A stretch of DNA of 64,000 nucleotides from Patescibacteria group bacterium. GTDB taxonomy: Bacteria > Patescibacteriota > Patescibacteriia > Patescibacteriales > UBA12465. The notes under the pieces are model-generated. The model did no database searches. It was given only the letters and a program-made list of their open reading frames with translations, and had not been told where the DNA came from. Position numbers and translations under genes: made by a program. The stretch is from the NCBI GenBank assembly GCA_041661685.1, contig JBAZTY010000002.1:93126-157125 (forward strand), in the 5' to 3' direction. Each line of letters starts with the position of its first letter. Position 1 is the stretch's first letter. Shown one piece after another: positions 27,435 through 36,228 of the stretch.

Positions 27435-30383
27435 ATGATAAAAAAATATAAATTATTGCTCTTGGGGGCAGCGATTATCGTCGTCTTGTTTTCAGCCGCC
27501 ATCAAGCGATCTCAAGCGCAGACGGCAGCTTCCCCGGCTGACGGATCCGATGCTATCGCCGTGCGCATTATTCCTAACCCTAATCATTATAGCATCGTCC
27601 GCTGGTACGAGAGCCAGGGTTTTATTGGAGCGCCGCAAGCATTGACTGTCGATGGTTATGAAGCCATCAGGGATGGCCGGACTGTTTACGTCAACGCCGC
27701 TAATGTTAATCCTTCTTCGCGGACCATCTATACTAATATTTATCTGATTTCTTATAATCAGGACTCGACTGAGAAAACTGTCGATATCTTAGGTCAGATA
27801 GTCGCGCACTGGAAATTTAATAATAATATCATCGAGAGCGCTAATCCGGTTCCAGATTGTTCTATTTCTGCCGTGTCCTGTAATTTAGACGCGGATTGCG
27901 GCCAGGATCAGTATTGCGCCACTTCTTCGGCCGGCATCGCCTCTAGTTCCTGTTTATTGAAGAAAGCTAAGAATTGCCTGGTAGATACCGATTGTCCGAA
28001 TAGTCTCTTTTGTAATAGCGTCAAATCCAAAATTACCCGTGATATTAAGAGAGTCGGCCAGCTGGAAGAATTGAAGGAAGCTTTGTATAATTTCAAAAAA
28101 CGTAATAATTATTATCCCCGTTTGTCCTCGGGAACATATCTGGCTAACAATAGCTTGTCGGTCTGGCCGAGTTGGACTCAGTCTTTGCTGTCCGAGGTGG
28201 CCGTTAGTCAAAGCTTTACCGATCCGATTAATCGTCTAGGTGTCTGTCTCGGATATGACGCTAAAACTTGCTGGAATCCTGATTTGAAAAAATTCGTCTA
28301 TAGTCCGACTAACACGACTTTGACTCTGCCAACCGGAAGCTATGCCTTTGCCTATTCTACCGACAGCAACGGTTCTAACTATAACCTCTGCGCAGTTATG
28401 GAAAGCCGCGCGGCTAATCTCGGCTATCACTTTTTGCCGAATGATCCGATAAGTTCCGCTTGCGTGACCGCGACTGGAATAATTTCCGGAGGACATGCCC
28501 AGAATACTGCCCCGCAATTAGTCGATCAATTCTTGGTTGGACAGGCTAACCGCGAATTCAGCGGATTCTTGAAAGTCGTCGACGCGGAAGACAACCCGCT
28601 GGTCTGGTCTATCAGCGGTCCGTCATGGATCAGTCTGCAGGATACGAGCGACCCGACGCAGAAGAAGGTCTATGCTTCGAGCGCGTCTACGCCCGGAACA
28701 TATAATTTGACTCTGACCGTTACCGATGGCTCAGGTGGAACCCTCTCTACTACTACTAGGATAACCATCCTAGCTGACGCGCCGCGCATCGAAGCGGCTG
28801 ATGCGGAATATGTTTTGGATCCGAAGGTGCCATTTAATTATAATTTTACTTTTTCCAGTAAGAATTTAAATAATCCGGCGACAGCTTACACCGTAACCAA
28901 GACTTCTGGCTTACCCGATGTCTTGAATATCCTCGATTCTTCACATACTTTTACTCCGTTGGTTAATAATAGTTATAAGAGCGCTTATACCGGCATCATC
29001 CCGACTATCAATAAATTCTATCAAGATACTAGCGTCAATTATCGGATAAATCTGACTGATAAGAATGGGGTCGTCTATCCCAAAACTTTTAATATCAAGA
29101 TTATCGTGGAGCAACCGCAACTGAATTTCGATTGTCTAACTCAGGCGCGTATCAATAATGATTATTCTTGCCTATTAGGTTCAAAGACCCAGGGCAACCA
29201 TACCCTGTCATACGGAGCCCGTGATCTGCCGCCGGGGCTAGCTTTGACAGGCACGAGCGACGCGCTGATTTCCGGCCGTCCGACCATCCTCTCTCCCGGA
29301 TATTCGATAAATATTAAGACCACTAATGAATACGGAGCTTCTACTTCCAGGGCTTTTATCTTGAAAATCAATAATTATTGTGGCGACGGGAAAATACAGG
29401 CGCCTAATACTGAAGGACGCGGCGGAGTCCATAATGATGGCTATGAAGATTGCGATGGCGCCGCTGGGACTACTTCGAATATATCGACTAGCAGCGCGAT
29501 CCAATATGGCTGCCGGACCGGAGTCGGCTCAACTGTCCCTAATCCGATTCTGACTAACACCTACTGCGTCTTTAAGTCTCCTACAGATGGTGGCGGCTAT
29601 TGTGGCGACGGCTATTGCCAGTCTGGCATATTGCCGACCGGTCCAGAATCGGCTTGTAATTGCGTCCAAGATTGCGGCGAGCCCGTCGGCGACCAATGTG
29701 TTTGTAAGTACACTTATACGAACTGGAGTGCTTGTCAGAGCGATCACTTACAGACCAGAACCTTGTTAACCACCCTGCCTGGTGGTTGCACAGGAACCCC
29801 GGTCACGAGCCAGACCTGCGCCACCTGTGTTTATACTTATTCTGCTTGGGGAGCCTGCCAGAGCGATCATACGCAAACAAGGACGGTAACGAGCGTTTTG
29901 CCGAGTGTCTGTTATGGCGCTCCGGTCACGAGCCAGACCTGTGTCTGTAATAATAACGGCATCTGCGACACTAATGAGAATATCGCTTCTTGCTCGGGTG
30001 ATTGCCCGGTCGTTATTCCTAGCGTCTGTGGCGATGGTGTCTGCAACGGTAGCGAAACTGCTTTGAGCTGCAAGGTAGACTGCCTTCGCATCATCAAGTA
30101 TGTCTGCGGCGACGGTCTTTGCGATATAGCCTCCGGGGAAACCGCCTCTTCTTGTCCTAGCGATTGCGATACCACTCCCTCGACCTACTGCGGCGATGGC
30201 GTCTGCAACGGAGAGGAAACTTGCTATAACACTTCTACCAGTTTCGGCTGTCTCGAAGATTGTGATTATTGTGTAATTTCCGGCTGCGCCATATTTGATA
30301 ATAACCCGCCGAAATGTGTGCCACCGTGCTTATGGGATGATATTACCGATAGGTGCGATAGTGCTATCTATTCTGCGCAATAA
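27435..30383 (+). CDS. 982-aa secreted/anchored protein with Ig-like region and C-terminal TSP1-like and CGDG Cys-rich repeats
   Basis: N-terminal signal/anchor MIKKYKLLLLGAAIIVVLFSAAI. The central region is Ig/cadherin-like (PLVWSISGPSWISL .. TYNLTLTVTDGSGG). The C-terminal third is Cys repeats. Confidence 0.8.
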   Translation: MIKKYKLLLLGAAIIVVLFSAAIKRSQAQTAASPADGSDAIAVRIIPNPNHYSIVRWYESQGFIGAPQALTVDGYEAIRDGRTVYVNAANVNPSSRTIYTNIYLISYNQDSTEKTVDILGQIVAHWKFNNNIIESANPVPDCSISAVSCNLDADCGQDQYCATSSAGIASSSCLLKKAKNCLVDTDCPNSLFCNSVKSKITRDIKRVGQLEELKEALYNFKKRNNYYPRLSSGTYLANNSLSVWPSWTQSLLSEVAVSQSFTDPINRLGVCLGYDAKTCWNPDLKKFVYSPTNTTLTLPTGSYAFAYSTDSNGSNYNLCAVMESRAANLGYHFLPNDPISSACVTATGIISGGHAQNTAPQLVDQFLVGQANREFSGFLKVVDAEDNPLVWSISGPSWISLQDTSDPTQKKVYASSASTPGTYNLTLTVTDGSGGTLSTTTRITILADAPRIEAADAEYVLDPKVPFNYNFTFSSKNLNNPATAYTVTKTSGLPDVLNILDSSHTFTPLVNNSYKSAYTGIIPTINKFYQDTSVNYRINLTDKNGVVYPKTFNIKIIVEQPQLNFDCLTQARINNDYSCLLGSKTQGNHTLSYGARDLPPGLALTGTSDALISGRPTILSPGYSINIKTTNEYGASTSRAFILKINNYCGDGKIQAPNTEGRGGVHNDGYEDCDGAAGTTSNISTSSAIQYGCRTGVGSTVPNPILTNTYCVFKSPTDGGGYCGDGYCQSGILPTGPESACNCVQDCGEPVGDQCVCKYTYTNWSACQSDHLQTRTLLTTLPGGCTGTPVTSQTCATCVYTYSAWGACQSDHTQTRTVTSVLPSVCYGAPVTSQTCVCNNNGICDTNENIASCSGDCPVVIPSVCGDGVCNGSETALSCKVDCLRIIKYVCGDGLCDIASGETASSCPSDCDTTPSTYCGDGVCNGEETCYNTSTSFGCLEDCDYCVISGCAIFDNNPPKCVPPCLWDDITDRCDSAIYSAQ
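29695..29946 (+). repeat. tandem duplication encoding two thrombospondin-type-1-like units
   Basis: The two units are CKYTYTNWSACQSDHLQTRTLLTTLPGGCTGTPVTSQTC and CVYTYSAWGACQSDHTQTRTVTSVLPSVCYGAPVTSQTC. A 20-nt identical core ccggtcacgagccagacctg ends both units. Confidence 0.8.
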
Positions 30384-30424
30384 TTATTTACCATTCTTTG
30401 ATGTTGATTAAGTTTTGAACTAAT

Positions 30425-30760
30425 ATGCTAAAAAATAAAAAGAATATTATCATAGCTGGAGCCGCCGCCTTAATCTTGATAACGGCGCTTGTTTTAGCCT
30501 TAGTTAATCGGCGACAGACTGGAACAAACAACCAGAATATCGGCGGGACGGAGACCACTCCCGTGTCCGGGCCGGAATTTCTGACTACACAAGAGAAGGC
30601 TTATCTTAATCTGGGCGATAATGTCAGAGCTCAGGTGCTGAGCCGCAATGCCAGCGGCGCGCCGGCCGTCTATAAGGTTATCAAGACGGATGCCGATATA
30701 ATTTCTGATATTTCTAAGATAGAACCGATTAGCCCGCGCCTAGTAGAAGCGGCGAAATAG
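30425..30760 (+). CDS. hypothetical single-pass membrane protein
   Basis: 111 aa with an N-terminal TM helix IIIAGAAALILITALVLALV. No known motif. Confidence 0.55.
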   Translation: MLKNKKNIIIAGAAALILITALVLALVNRRQTGTNNQNIGGTETTPVSGPEFLTTQEKAYLNLGDNVRAQVLSRNASGAPAVYKVIKTDADIISDISKIEPISPRLVEAAK

Positions 30761-30829
30761 CTTAGCGGCATAATTGGCAAACAATGATATTTCCGTTATA
30801 ATAAAGATAATAATAATTTAGCAGCTTAT

Positions 30830-31588
30830 ATGTTTAACGATCTCAACAATCCTAATAATCAAAATCGCCAAGCCGTTGACGATATTTTTGCGGAAACCGA
30901 CAAGACTCAGGAAAATGCAGCGTCGGCTTCAGCCGCCTCAAGACCGGCCGGCGGCGCGGAAATAGATACCCAGAGGATAGGCTTAGCGGCTACCGATGAA
31001 TTATCTGAAAGCGCTCCGGAGAAGAGAAGCCAGGATAAGCTGTTTAAGATTATTATTGCCGTTATCGCCGTCGCCGTATTAGGTTTGGGCGGCTATTTGA
31101 TTTATAGCAAGTTTTTTAACGCTCCAGCGGATATTACGCCTATCGCTACCACGACCAAGCAGACGGACGTTCCTCAGACGACGGTTCCGACGACCAACAC
31201 GGCCGGATCTTTCGTGGAAACCGCCGGAACCACTCCGGCCACGACGACACAGTCTGTAACTACGCCTATTATTCCGGGCGTGAACACTCCGGCGACGACA
31301 ACCGAGACGGTCACCGCTACTCCGGCCTTAGTTGATTCTGATAGCGATGGCCTGACTGATGCTGAAGAAAAAATTGCCGGAACCAATATCAATATCATTG
31401 ATACGGATAATGATGGCTTGAGCGATTATGAAGAAGTGAAGATTTATAAGATTAATCCGCTTAGCGCTGATACTGACGGCGATAGCTATCTGGATGGGGC
31501 CGAAGTCAAGAGCGGGTATAATCCTAATGGTACCGGTAAGCTTTCGGATGCCGTTTCGGCCGTTAAGACAGTCCCGACCACCAAATAA
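30830..31588 (+). CDS. single-pass membrane protein with Thr-rich linker and TSP3-like calcium-binding repeats
   Basis: TM helix LFKIIIAVIAVAVLGLGGYLIY, a Thr/Pro-rich stretch, then DSDSDGLTDAEE, DTDNDGLSDYEE and DTDGDSYLDGAE. Confidence 0.7.
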   Translation: MFNDLNNPNNQNRQAVDDIFAETDKTQENAASASAASRPAGGAEIDTQRIGLAATDELSESAPEKRSQDKLFKIIIAVIAVAVLGLGGYLIYSKFFNAPADITPIATTTKQTDVPQTTVPTTNTAGSFVETAGTTPATTTQSVTTPIIPGVNTPATTTETVTATPALVDSDSDGLTDAEEKIAGTNINIIDTDNDGLSDYEEVKIYKINPLSADTDGDSYLDGAEVKSGYNPNGTGKLSDAVSAVKTVPTTK

Positions 31589-31813
31589 AGCAAATTATGA
31601 TAACCGGAAATCTGAAGAATTCGCCGCGTCCGCGGACTAGCGCTTTTATCGGTTCCCGGAATTTTCCTCGGGTATCTTTAAGCCTGCACACTATGCCGCA
31701 GACCTCCGACAGCCATTTTAAAAAATGGCTCTTTTTAGGACTGCTCATCGTCGGGCTGATGATATTAGTGGCCATCTTATTATTTTGGAAATAAAGATTC
31801 ATCGTCATCTCTT

Positions 31814-32848
31814 ATGATATTCGGCAAGAAGAAAGAAAAACCAGTCGATGCGCCTGAGCCGGAAAATCTGCCTTCCAGCCAGGATATTATCGTTCATAAT
31901 ATGCCGAGCCCATCGAGGTTGAGCGGCAGTTTTCCTGATTCTCAAAAACCGGCTGCCGGCAGTTTTGGCTTAGAGGCGGTTCCTCAGAAGCAGAATTTCA
32001 AGGCCGTCGGCTTTTTGATTATCGGCGGCGGCGTTATTTTTATCGGTGTCCTGATATATCTTAGCTATTACTTCATTATCTCTCCGACTGCTGGGAATAA
32101 TCAGGTCGCCCAGACGACCGTTAGCGAACAGAAGAAAACTGCCACCACCGCTCCGACCGCGGTTATTCCGTCATCCGTCCCGACGACTACTCCTGTGATT
32201 ATCGCCACCTCTACTTCCATGGAGATAGCGACTTCAACCAGCGCGACTAGCACTCTCATGAATGAAGAATTAAGCGGGCAAGACGGAAGTAATTTGCCGC
32301 CCCTCTTAGATAGCGATAGCGATGGGTTAATCGACGATGAAGAAGCTTTATTGGGAACGTCGGCAACGTCTACTGATTCTGATGGCGATAAATATAGCGA
32401 CTTCGCCGAATTAGCCCAAGGGTATGATCCGGCCAGCTCGAAAAAGATAGCGGATAACCCCAATTTGGCTGTTTATAGTAATCAAACTTTCAATTATAGT
32501 ATCATTTATCCGAAGTCTTGGGAGGAAAAATCATTGGCTGAAGACGCTACCGTCGTCTTTATGGCCTCGGAAGATTCTTTGATTCAGATTTCTGTCCAAG
32601 ATAATCCTGATAAGGCCGGAATATTGGGATGGTATGAAAGTTCGTTTCCGGGAACTACCGCTACTTATGATCAATTATTGAGCGGGAGCGGCTGGGACGG
32701 GATTATGGGCACGGATAACCTTAATTTTTATCTAACCGACTCGGCGCATAAGAATATTTATGTCATCTCGTATATTCCGGCGGTCGCTGGCCGGTTGGTT
32801 TATCCGAATATTTTTAAGCTGATGATAAATTCGCTGATAATAAAGTAA
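31814..32848 (+). CDS. single-pass membrane protein with Thr-rich linker, TSP3-like repeats and a C-terminal globular domain
   Basis: TM helix AVGFLIIGGGVIFIGVLIYLSYYFII, a Thr/Ser-rich linker, DSDSDGLIDDEE and DSDGDKYSDFAE, then a domain of about 130 aa. Confidence 0.7.
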   Translation: MIFGKKKEKPVDAPEPENLPSSQDIIVHNMPSPSRLSGSFPDSQKPAAGSFGLEAVPQKQNFKAVGFLIIGGGVIFIGVLIYLSYYFIISPTAGNNQVAQTTVSEQKKTATTAPTAVIPSSVPTTTPVIIATSTSMEIATSTSATSTLMNEELSGQDGSNLPPLLDSDSDGLIDDEEALLGTSATSTDSDGDKYSDFAELAQGYDPASSKKIADNPNLAVYSNQTFNYSIIYPKSWEEKSLAEDATVVFMASEDSLIQISVQDNPDKAGILGWYESSFPGTTATYDQLLSGSGWDGIMGTDNLNFYLTDSAHKNIYVISYIPAVAGRLVYPNIFKLMINSLIIK

Positions 32849-32870
32849 TTTTTCATATATTTGAGCATAC

Positions 32871-32902
32871 AAAAATCCTCGGCCGCACAGTCGAGGATTT
32901 TT
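32871..32902. terminator. bidirectional terminator between the surface locus and clpP
   Basis: aaaaatcctcg / cgaggattttt: an 11-bp stem with a 10-nt loop and A/T runs on both sides. Confidence 0.75.
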
Positions 32903-32934
32903 ATTTTAGTAGCTGTTGTTATTTATCGCTGTTA

Positions 32935-33519
32935 TTATTTATTTTTTCCGAGAACCTTATCGATGATGCCATATTTCATAGCTTCGTCGGCGCTCATAAA
33001 ATTATCGCGGTCGCTGTCATGCTCGACCGTCGCGACTTTCTGGCCGGTATGCTGAGCTAGGATCTTATTCATCTTGTCTTTTGTCTTCAGGATATGTTCC
33101 GCCCTAATTTTGATATCCGAGGCTTGGCCTTCGGTTCCGCCCATAACTTGATGAATCATGACCTCGCTATTAGGAAGTGCGAATCTCTTGCCCGCCTTTC
33201 CGGCGGCCAATAAGACCGAGGCCATGGAAGCGGCCAAGCCGACGCAGATAGTCGAGACGTCGGACTTGATATATTGCATGGTATCATAAATTGCCATCCC
33301 GGCAGTAACAGAACCGCCCGGGGAATTGATATAGAATTTGATATCCGCGTCCTTATTTTCGGCATCAAGGAACAATAACTGGGCGATAACGATATTAGCA
33401 ACATGGTCGTTGATCTCTTCGCCCAAGAAGATTATCCGGTCTTTTAAGAGTCGAGAGTAGATATCATAGGCGCGTTCAGTCTGGCCGTCTTTCTCGATAA
33501 CTGTAGGGATTAATGGCAT
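32935..33519 (-). CDS. clpP: ATP-dependent Clp protease proteolytic subunit
   Basis: [54 protein letters not shown] (Ser) and MIHQ (His). Confidence 0.96.
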   Translation of the reverse strand: MPLIPTVIEKDGQTERAYDIYSRLLKDRIIFLGEEINDHVANIVIAQLLFLDAENKDADIKFYINSPGGSVTAGMAIYDTMQYIKSDVSTICVGLAASMASVLLAAGKAGKRFALPNSEVMIHQVMGGTEGQASDIKIRAEHILKTKDKMNKILAQHTGQKVATVEHDSDRDNFMSADEAMKYGIIDKVLGKNK

Positions 33520-33655
33520 ATTTTTTAAATCTAGTTAATTAATGGTAAAATAAATTATAAATAAAAAACGGGTTTTTGTAAAGTCCGTCTTGGCTTGATT
33601 TTTTATTCTACCTATTCTAAGATAGAACCAGTTTAAGCTAATATAAAATAAGTAT

Positions 33656-35212
33656 ATGTCACTTATCCAAAAATTCTCAAAATTGTCTGTTCGAGCCAGA
33701 GCGTGGTGGGTTTTGGCGGTCATTTTCGTCTTCGCAATCGCGGTCGGACTAACGGCCGGAGGCCATGTTTACAATAATTGGTCTAAGAATCTGGCCAAAA
33801 AGACTAATGATATCGTGGTTCTGCCAGTAATTAAGGAATTGCCTTATAACCTGGGTCTTGATTTGCAGGGCGGCGCCCATCTAGTCTATTCAGCCGATGT
33901 TTCCACTATCGCCGCCGCTGATAGAGCCGACGCCATGGAATCTGTCCGCGACGTTATCGAACGCCGCGTCAATGCTTTCGGCGTCAGCGAACCGCTTGTC
34001 CAAGTTAATAAGAGCGCCAGCGGCGAATACCGCATCATTGCTGAATTAGCCGGCATTAAGGATATCAAGGAAGCTATCAAGACTATCGGCGATACTCCAA
34101 TTTTGGAATTCAAGGAACAAGGAGATGGAACTCAGGCTCTTAAGGTTGATGCTTCCGGGACAGCCGTTCTTGATGAAAGCGCTGTTAATTGGAAGAATAC
34201 TGAATTGACCGGAAAATATTTAAAGAGATCTTCGGTCCAGTTCAACCCCAATGACGGCTCTCCTGAGGTTTCCTTGGAATTTAATGCCGAAGGAGCGAAA
34301 TTATTCGAAGAGATCACTGCTCGCAACGTCGGCAAACCGGTAGCGATTTTCTTGGACGGTTATGCTATCAGCACCCCGAATGTCAATGAAAAGATCACCG
34401 GCGGGCAAGCTTCTATCTCTGGCCGCTTTAATGTCGAAGAAGCTAAATTATTAGTGAAGAGGCTTAATTCCGGCGCTTTGCCGGTGCCGATTACCTTAAT
34501 TTCCCAGAAGACCGTCGAAGCCAGCTTAGGTTCGAAGTCTATCGATAATAGCATGATGGCCGGATTAATCGGCCTGTTATTGGTCTCTATCTTCATGATC
34601 CTGTACTACCGCTTGCCCGGCTTATTATCCGTCTTATCATTATTGGTTTACGGCCTGACCGTTCTCGCTATCTTTAAAGCCCTGCCTATCTGGCTGGCCT
34701 TGGCTTTAGTTATCGTCATGATCGGCTTAGTCTTCTATACTTTCAGCGAGCTGAAAATCTTCAACGGCACGCTCGCTTTCATGTTCATCGTTATCGGCTT
34801 ATTGTTATTCTTCTATGCCTTGAGGCCGATTACCTTATCCTTATCAGGCGTCGCCGGCTTCATTCTTTCTATCGGCATTGCTGTTGATGCGAATATCCTA
34901 ATCTTCTCCCGCACCCGCGAAGAGCTCAAGGCCGGAAAATCTGTCCGCCAAGCGGTTGAAGACGGCTTTAAGCGCGCTTGGCCGTCTATCCGCGACGGCA
35001 ATGTCTCGATCATCATTACTTGTTTGATACTGATGTTCTTCGGTACTTCCGCCGTCCAGGGATTCGGTACGACTTTGTTTATCGGCACCGCCATTTCCTT
35101 ATTCAGCGCCATCGTCATCACCCATACTCTATTCGTAATCATCCTGGGCGATTGGATGGAGAAACGGACCTGGCTCTTGGGAGTCCGCCGCTCGGCCATA
35201 GAGAATAAATAG
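33656..35212 (+). CDS. secD: protein translocase subunit SecD
   Basis: N-terminal TM helix, a large periplasmic domain (LGLDLQGGAHLVY .. RVNAFGVSEPLVQ) and a six-helix C-terminal bundle (GIAVDANILIFSRTREE). Confidence 0.92.
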   Translation: MSLIQKFSKLSVRARAWWVLAVIFVFAIAVGLTAGGHVYNNWSKNLAKKTNDIVVLPVIKELPYNLGLDLQGGAHLVYSADVSTIAAADRADAMESVRDVIERRVNAFGVSEPLVQVNKSASGEYRIIAELAGIKDIKEAIKTIGDTPILEFKEQGDGTQALKVDASGTAVLDESAVNWKNTELTGKYLKRSSVQFNPNDGSPEVSLEFNAEGAKLFEEITARNVGKPVAIFLDGYAISTPNVNEKITGGQASISGRFNVEEAKLLVKRLNSGALPVPITLISQKTVEASLGSKSIDNSMMAGLIGLLLVSIFMILYYRLPGLLSVLSLLVYGLTVLAIFKALPIWLALALVIVMIGLVFYTFSELKIFNGTLAFMFIVIGLLLFFYALRPITLSLSGVAGFILSIGIAVDANILIFSRTREELKAGKSVRQAVEDGFKRAWPSIRDGNVSIIITCLILMFFGTSAVQGFGTTLFIGTAISLFSAIVITHTLFVIILGDWMEKRTWLLGVRRSAIENK

Positions 35213-35235
35213 AAGATAAATAATAATTTAAATAT

Positions 35236-36144
35236 ATGATTTATAAAATAATCCAAAAAAGAAAATTCTTCTTGACCTTCTCTACTTTGGCGGTCATCGG
35301 ATCGATCTTAGCCTTATTCTTCTGGGGTCTGAATTTTGGAGTTGATTTTACCGGCGGCAGCTTGCTGGAAGTCGGATTCACGAATTATCAGCCGACTGTG
35401 ACTGAAATCCAAGATAGCTTGAAGGGCTTAGATATCCACGGGTTAGTCGTTCAGCCGACCAATGATTCTGTTATTCTACGTTTTAAGGAAAGCACCGAGG
35501 AAGCTCATCAAGCCGTTCTGACTAAGCTTCAGGATTTGGCCGCTTCTAAGAAAGAAGCTTCGGTCAAGGAATTGCAGTTCGACGCGGTCGGTTCTAGCGT
35601 CGGTCAGGAACTTAAGAGCAAATCGTTCAATGCCATTGCTATCGTTTTTGTCATGATCATCATCTATATTTCCTGGGCTTTCAAGAAAGTTTCTAAGCCG
35701 GTAGCTTCTTGGAAATACGGCGTGGCCGCGATTATCGCTTTGATTCATGATATCCTGTTTATCCTCGGCGTCTTTTCCGTTCTCGGCCATTTCTATGGCG
35801 TCGAGATCAATACGCCGTTCATTGCCGCCGTTCTGACCGTTCTCGGCTATAGCGTCAGCGATACTATTATCGTCTTCGACCGTATCCGCGAGAACCTGCC
35901 TAAGAGCCAGGATGATTTTGAAAACACTATTAATCGCAGCGTCAATCAGACTATCACTCGTTCCATTAATACCTCGGTTTCTTCCACTTTAGCCCTGATC
36001 GCTATCTTGTTCTTCGGTGGCGATACTATTAAGGATTTTGCCTTAGCGCTCGTCGTCGGCATCTTTGTCGGCACCTATAGCTCTATCTTCATCGCCAGCC
36101 CGGTCCTAGTCGTCTGGGATAACCTGACTCGCCGTAAGAAATAA
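35236..36144 (+). CDS. secF: protein translocase subunit SecF
   Basis: GLNFGVDFTGGSLLEV and LGYSVSDTIIVFDRIREN, directly downstream of secD. Confidence 0.92.
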   Translation: MIYKIIQKRKFFLTFSTLAVIGSILALFFWGLNFGVDFTGGSLLEVGFTNYQPTVTEIQDSLKGLDIHGLVVQPTNDSVILRFKESTEEAHQAVLTKLQDLAASKKEASVKELQFDAVGSSVGQELKSKSFNAIAIVFVMIIIYISWAFKKVSKPVASWKYGVAAIIALIHDILFILGVFSVLGHFYGVEINTPFIAAVLTVLGYSVSDTIIVFDRIRENLPKSQDDFENTINRSVNQTITRSINTSVSSTLALIAILFFGGDTIKDFALALVVGIFVGTYSSIFIASPVLVVWDNLTRRKK

Positions 36145-36168
36145 TCGAATATTACGAAAATTTTAGAA

Positions 36169-36208
36169 AGATTCGCCTAGGCGGCTAGCTGATGGCGGAT
36201 CTTTTTTT
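36169..36208 (+). terminator. probable rho-independent terminator after secF
   Basis: agattcgcc / ggcggatct: a 9-bp stem with one U-G pair and a 16-nt loop, followed by T7. Confidence 0.55.
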
Positions 36209-36228
36209 ATTTGATATACTATTAGTAT

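Noticed and set aside
31597-31794. 65-aa ORF between the two TSP3-repeat genes
   Set aside because: The N-terminal half is Arg/Ser/Pro-rich noise. Only the last ~33 aa (from an internal Met) look like a TM peptide. The evidence is insufficient to call a gene.
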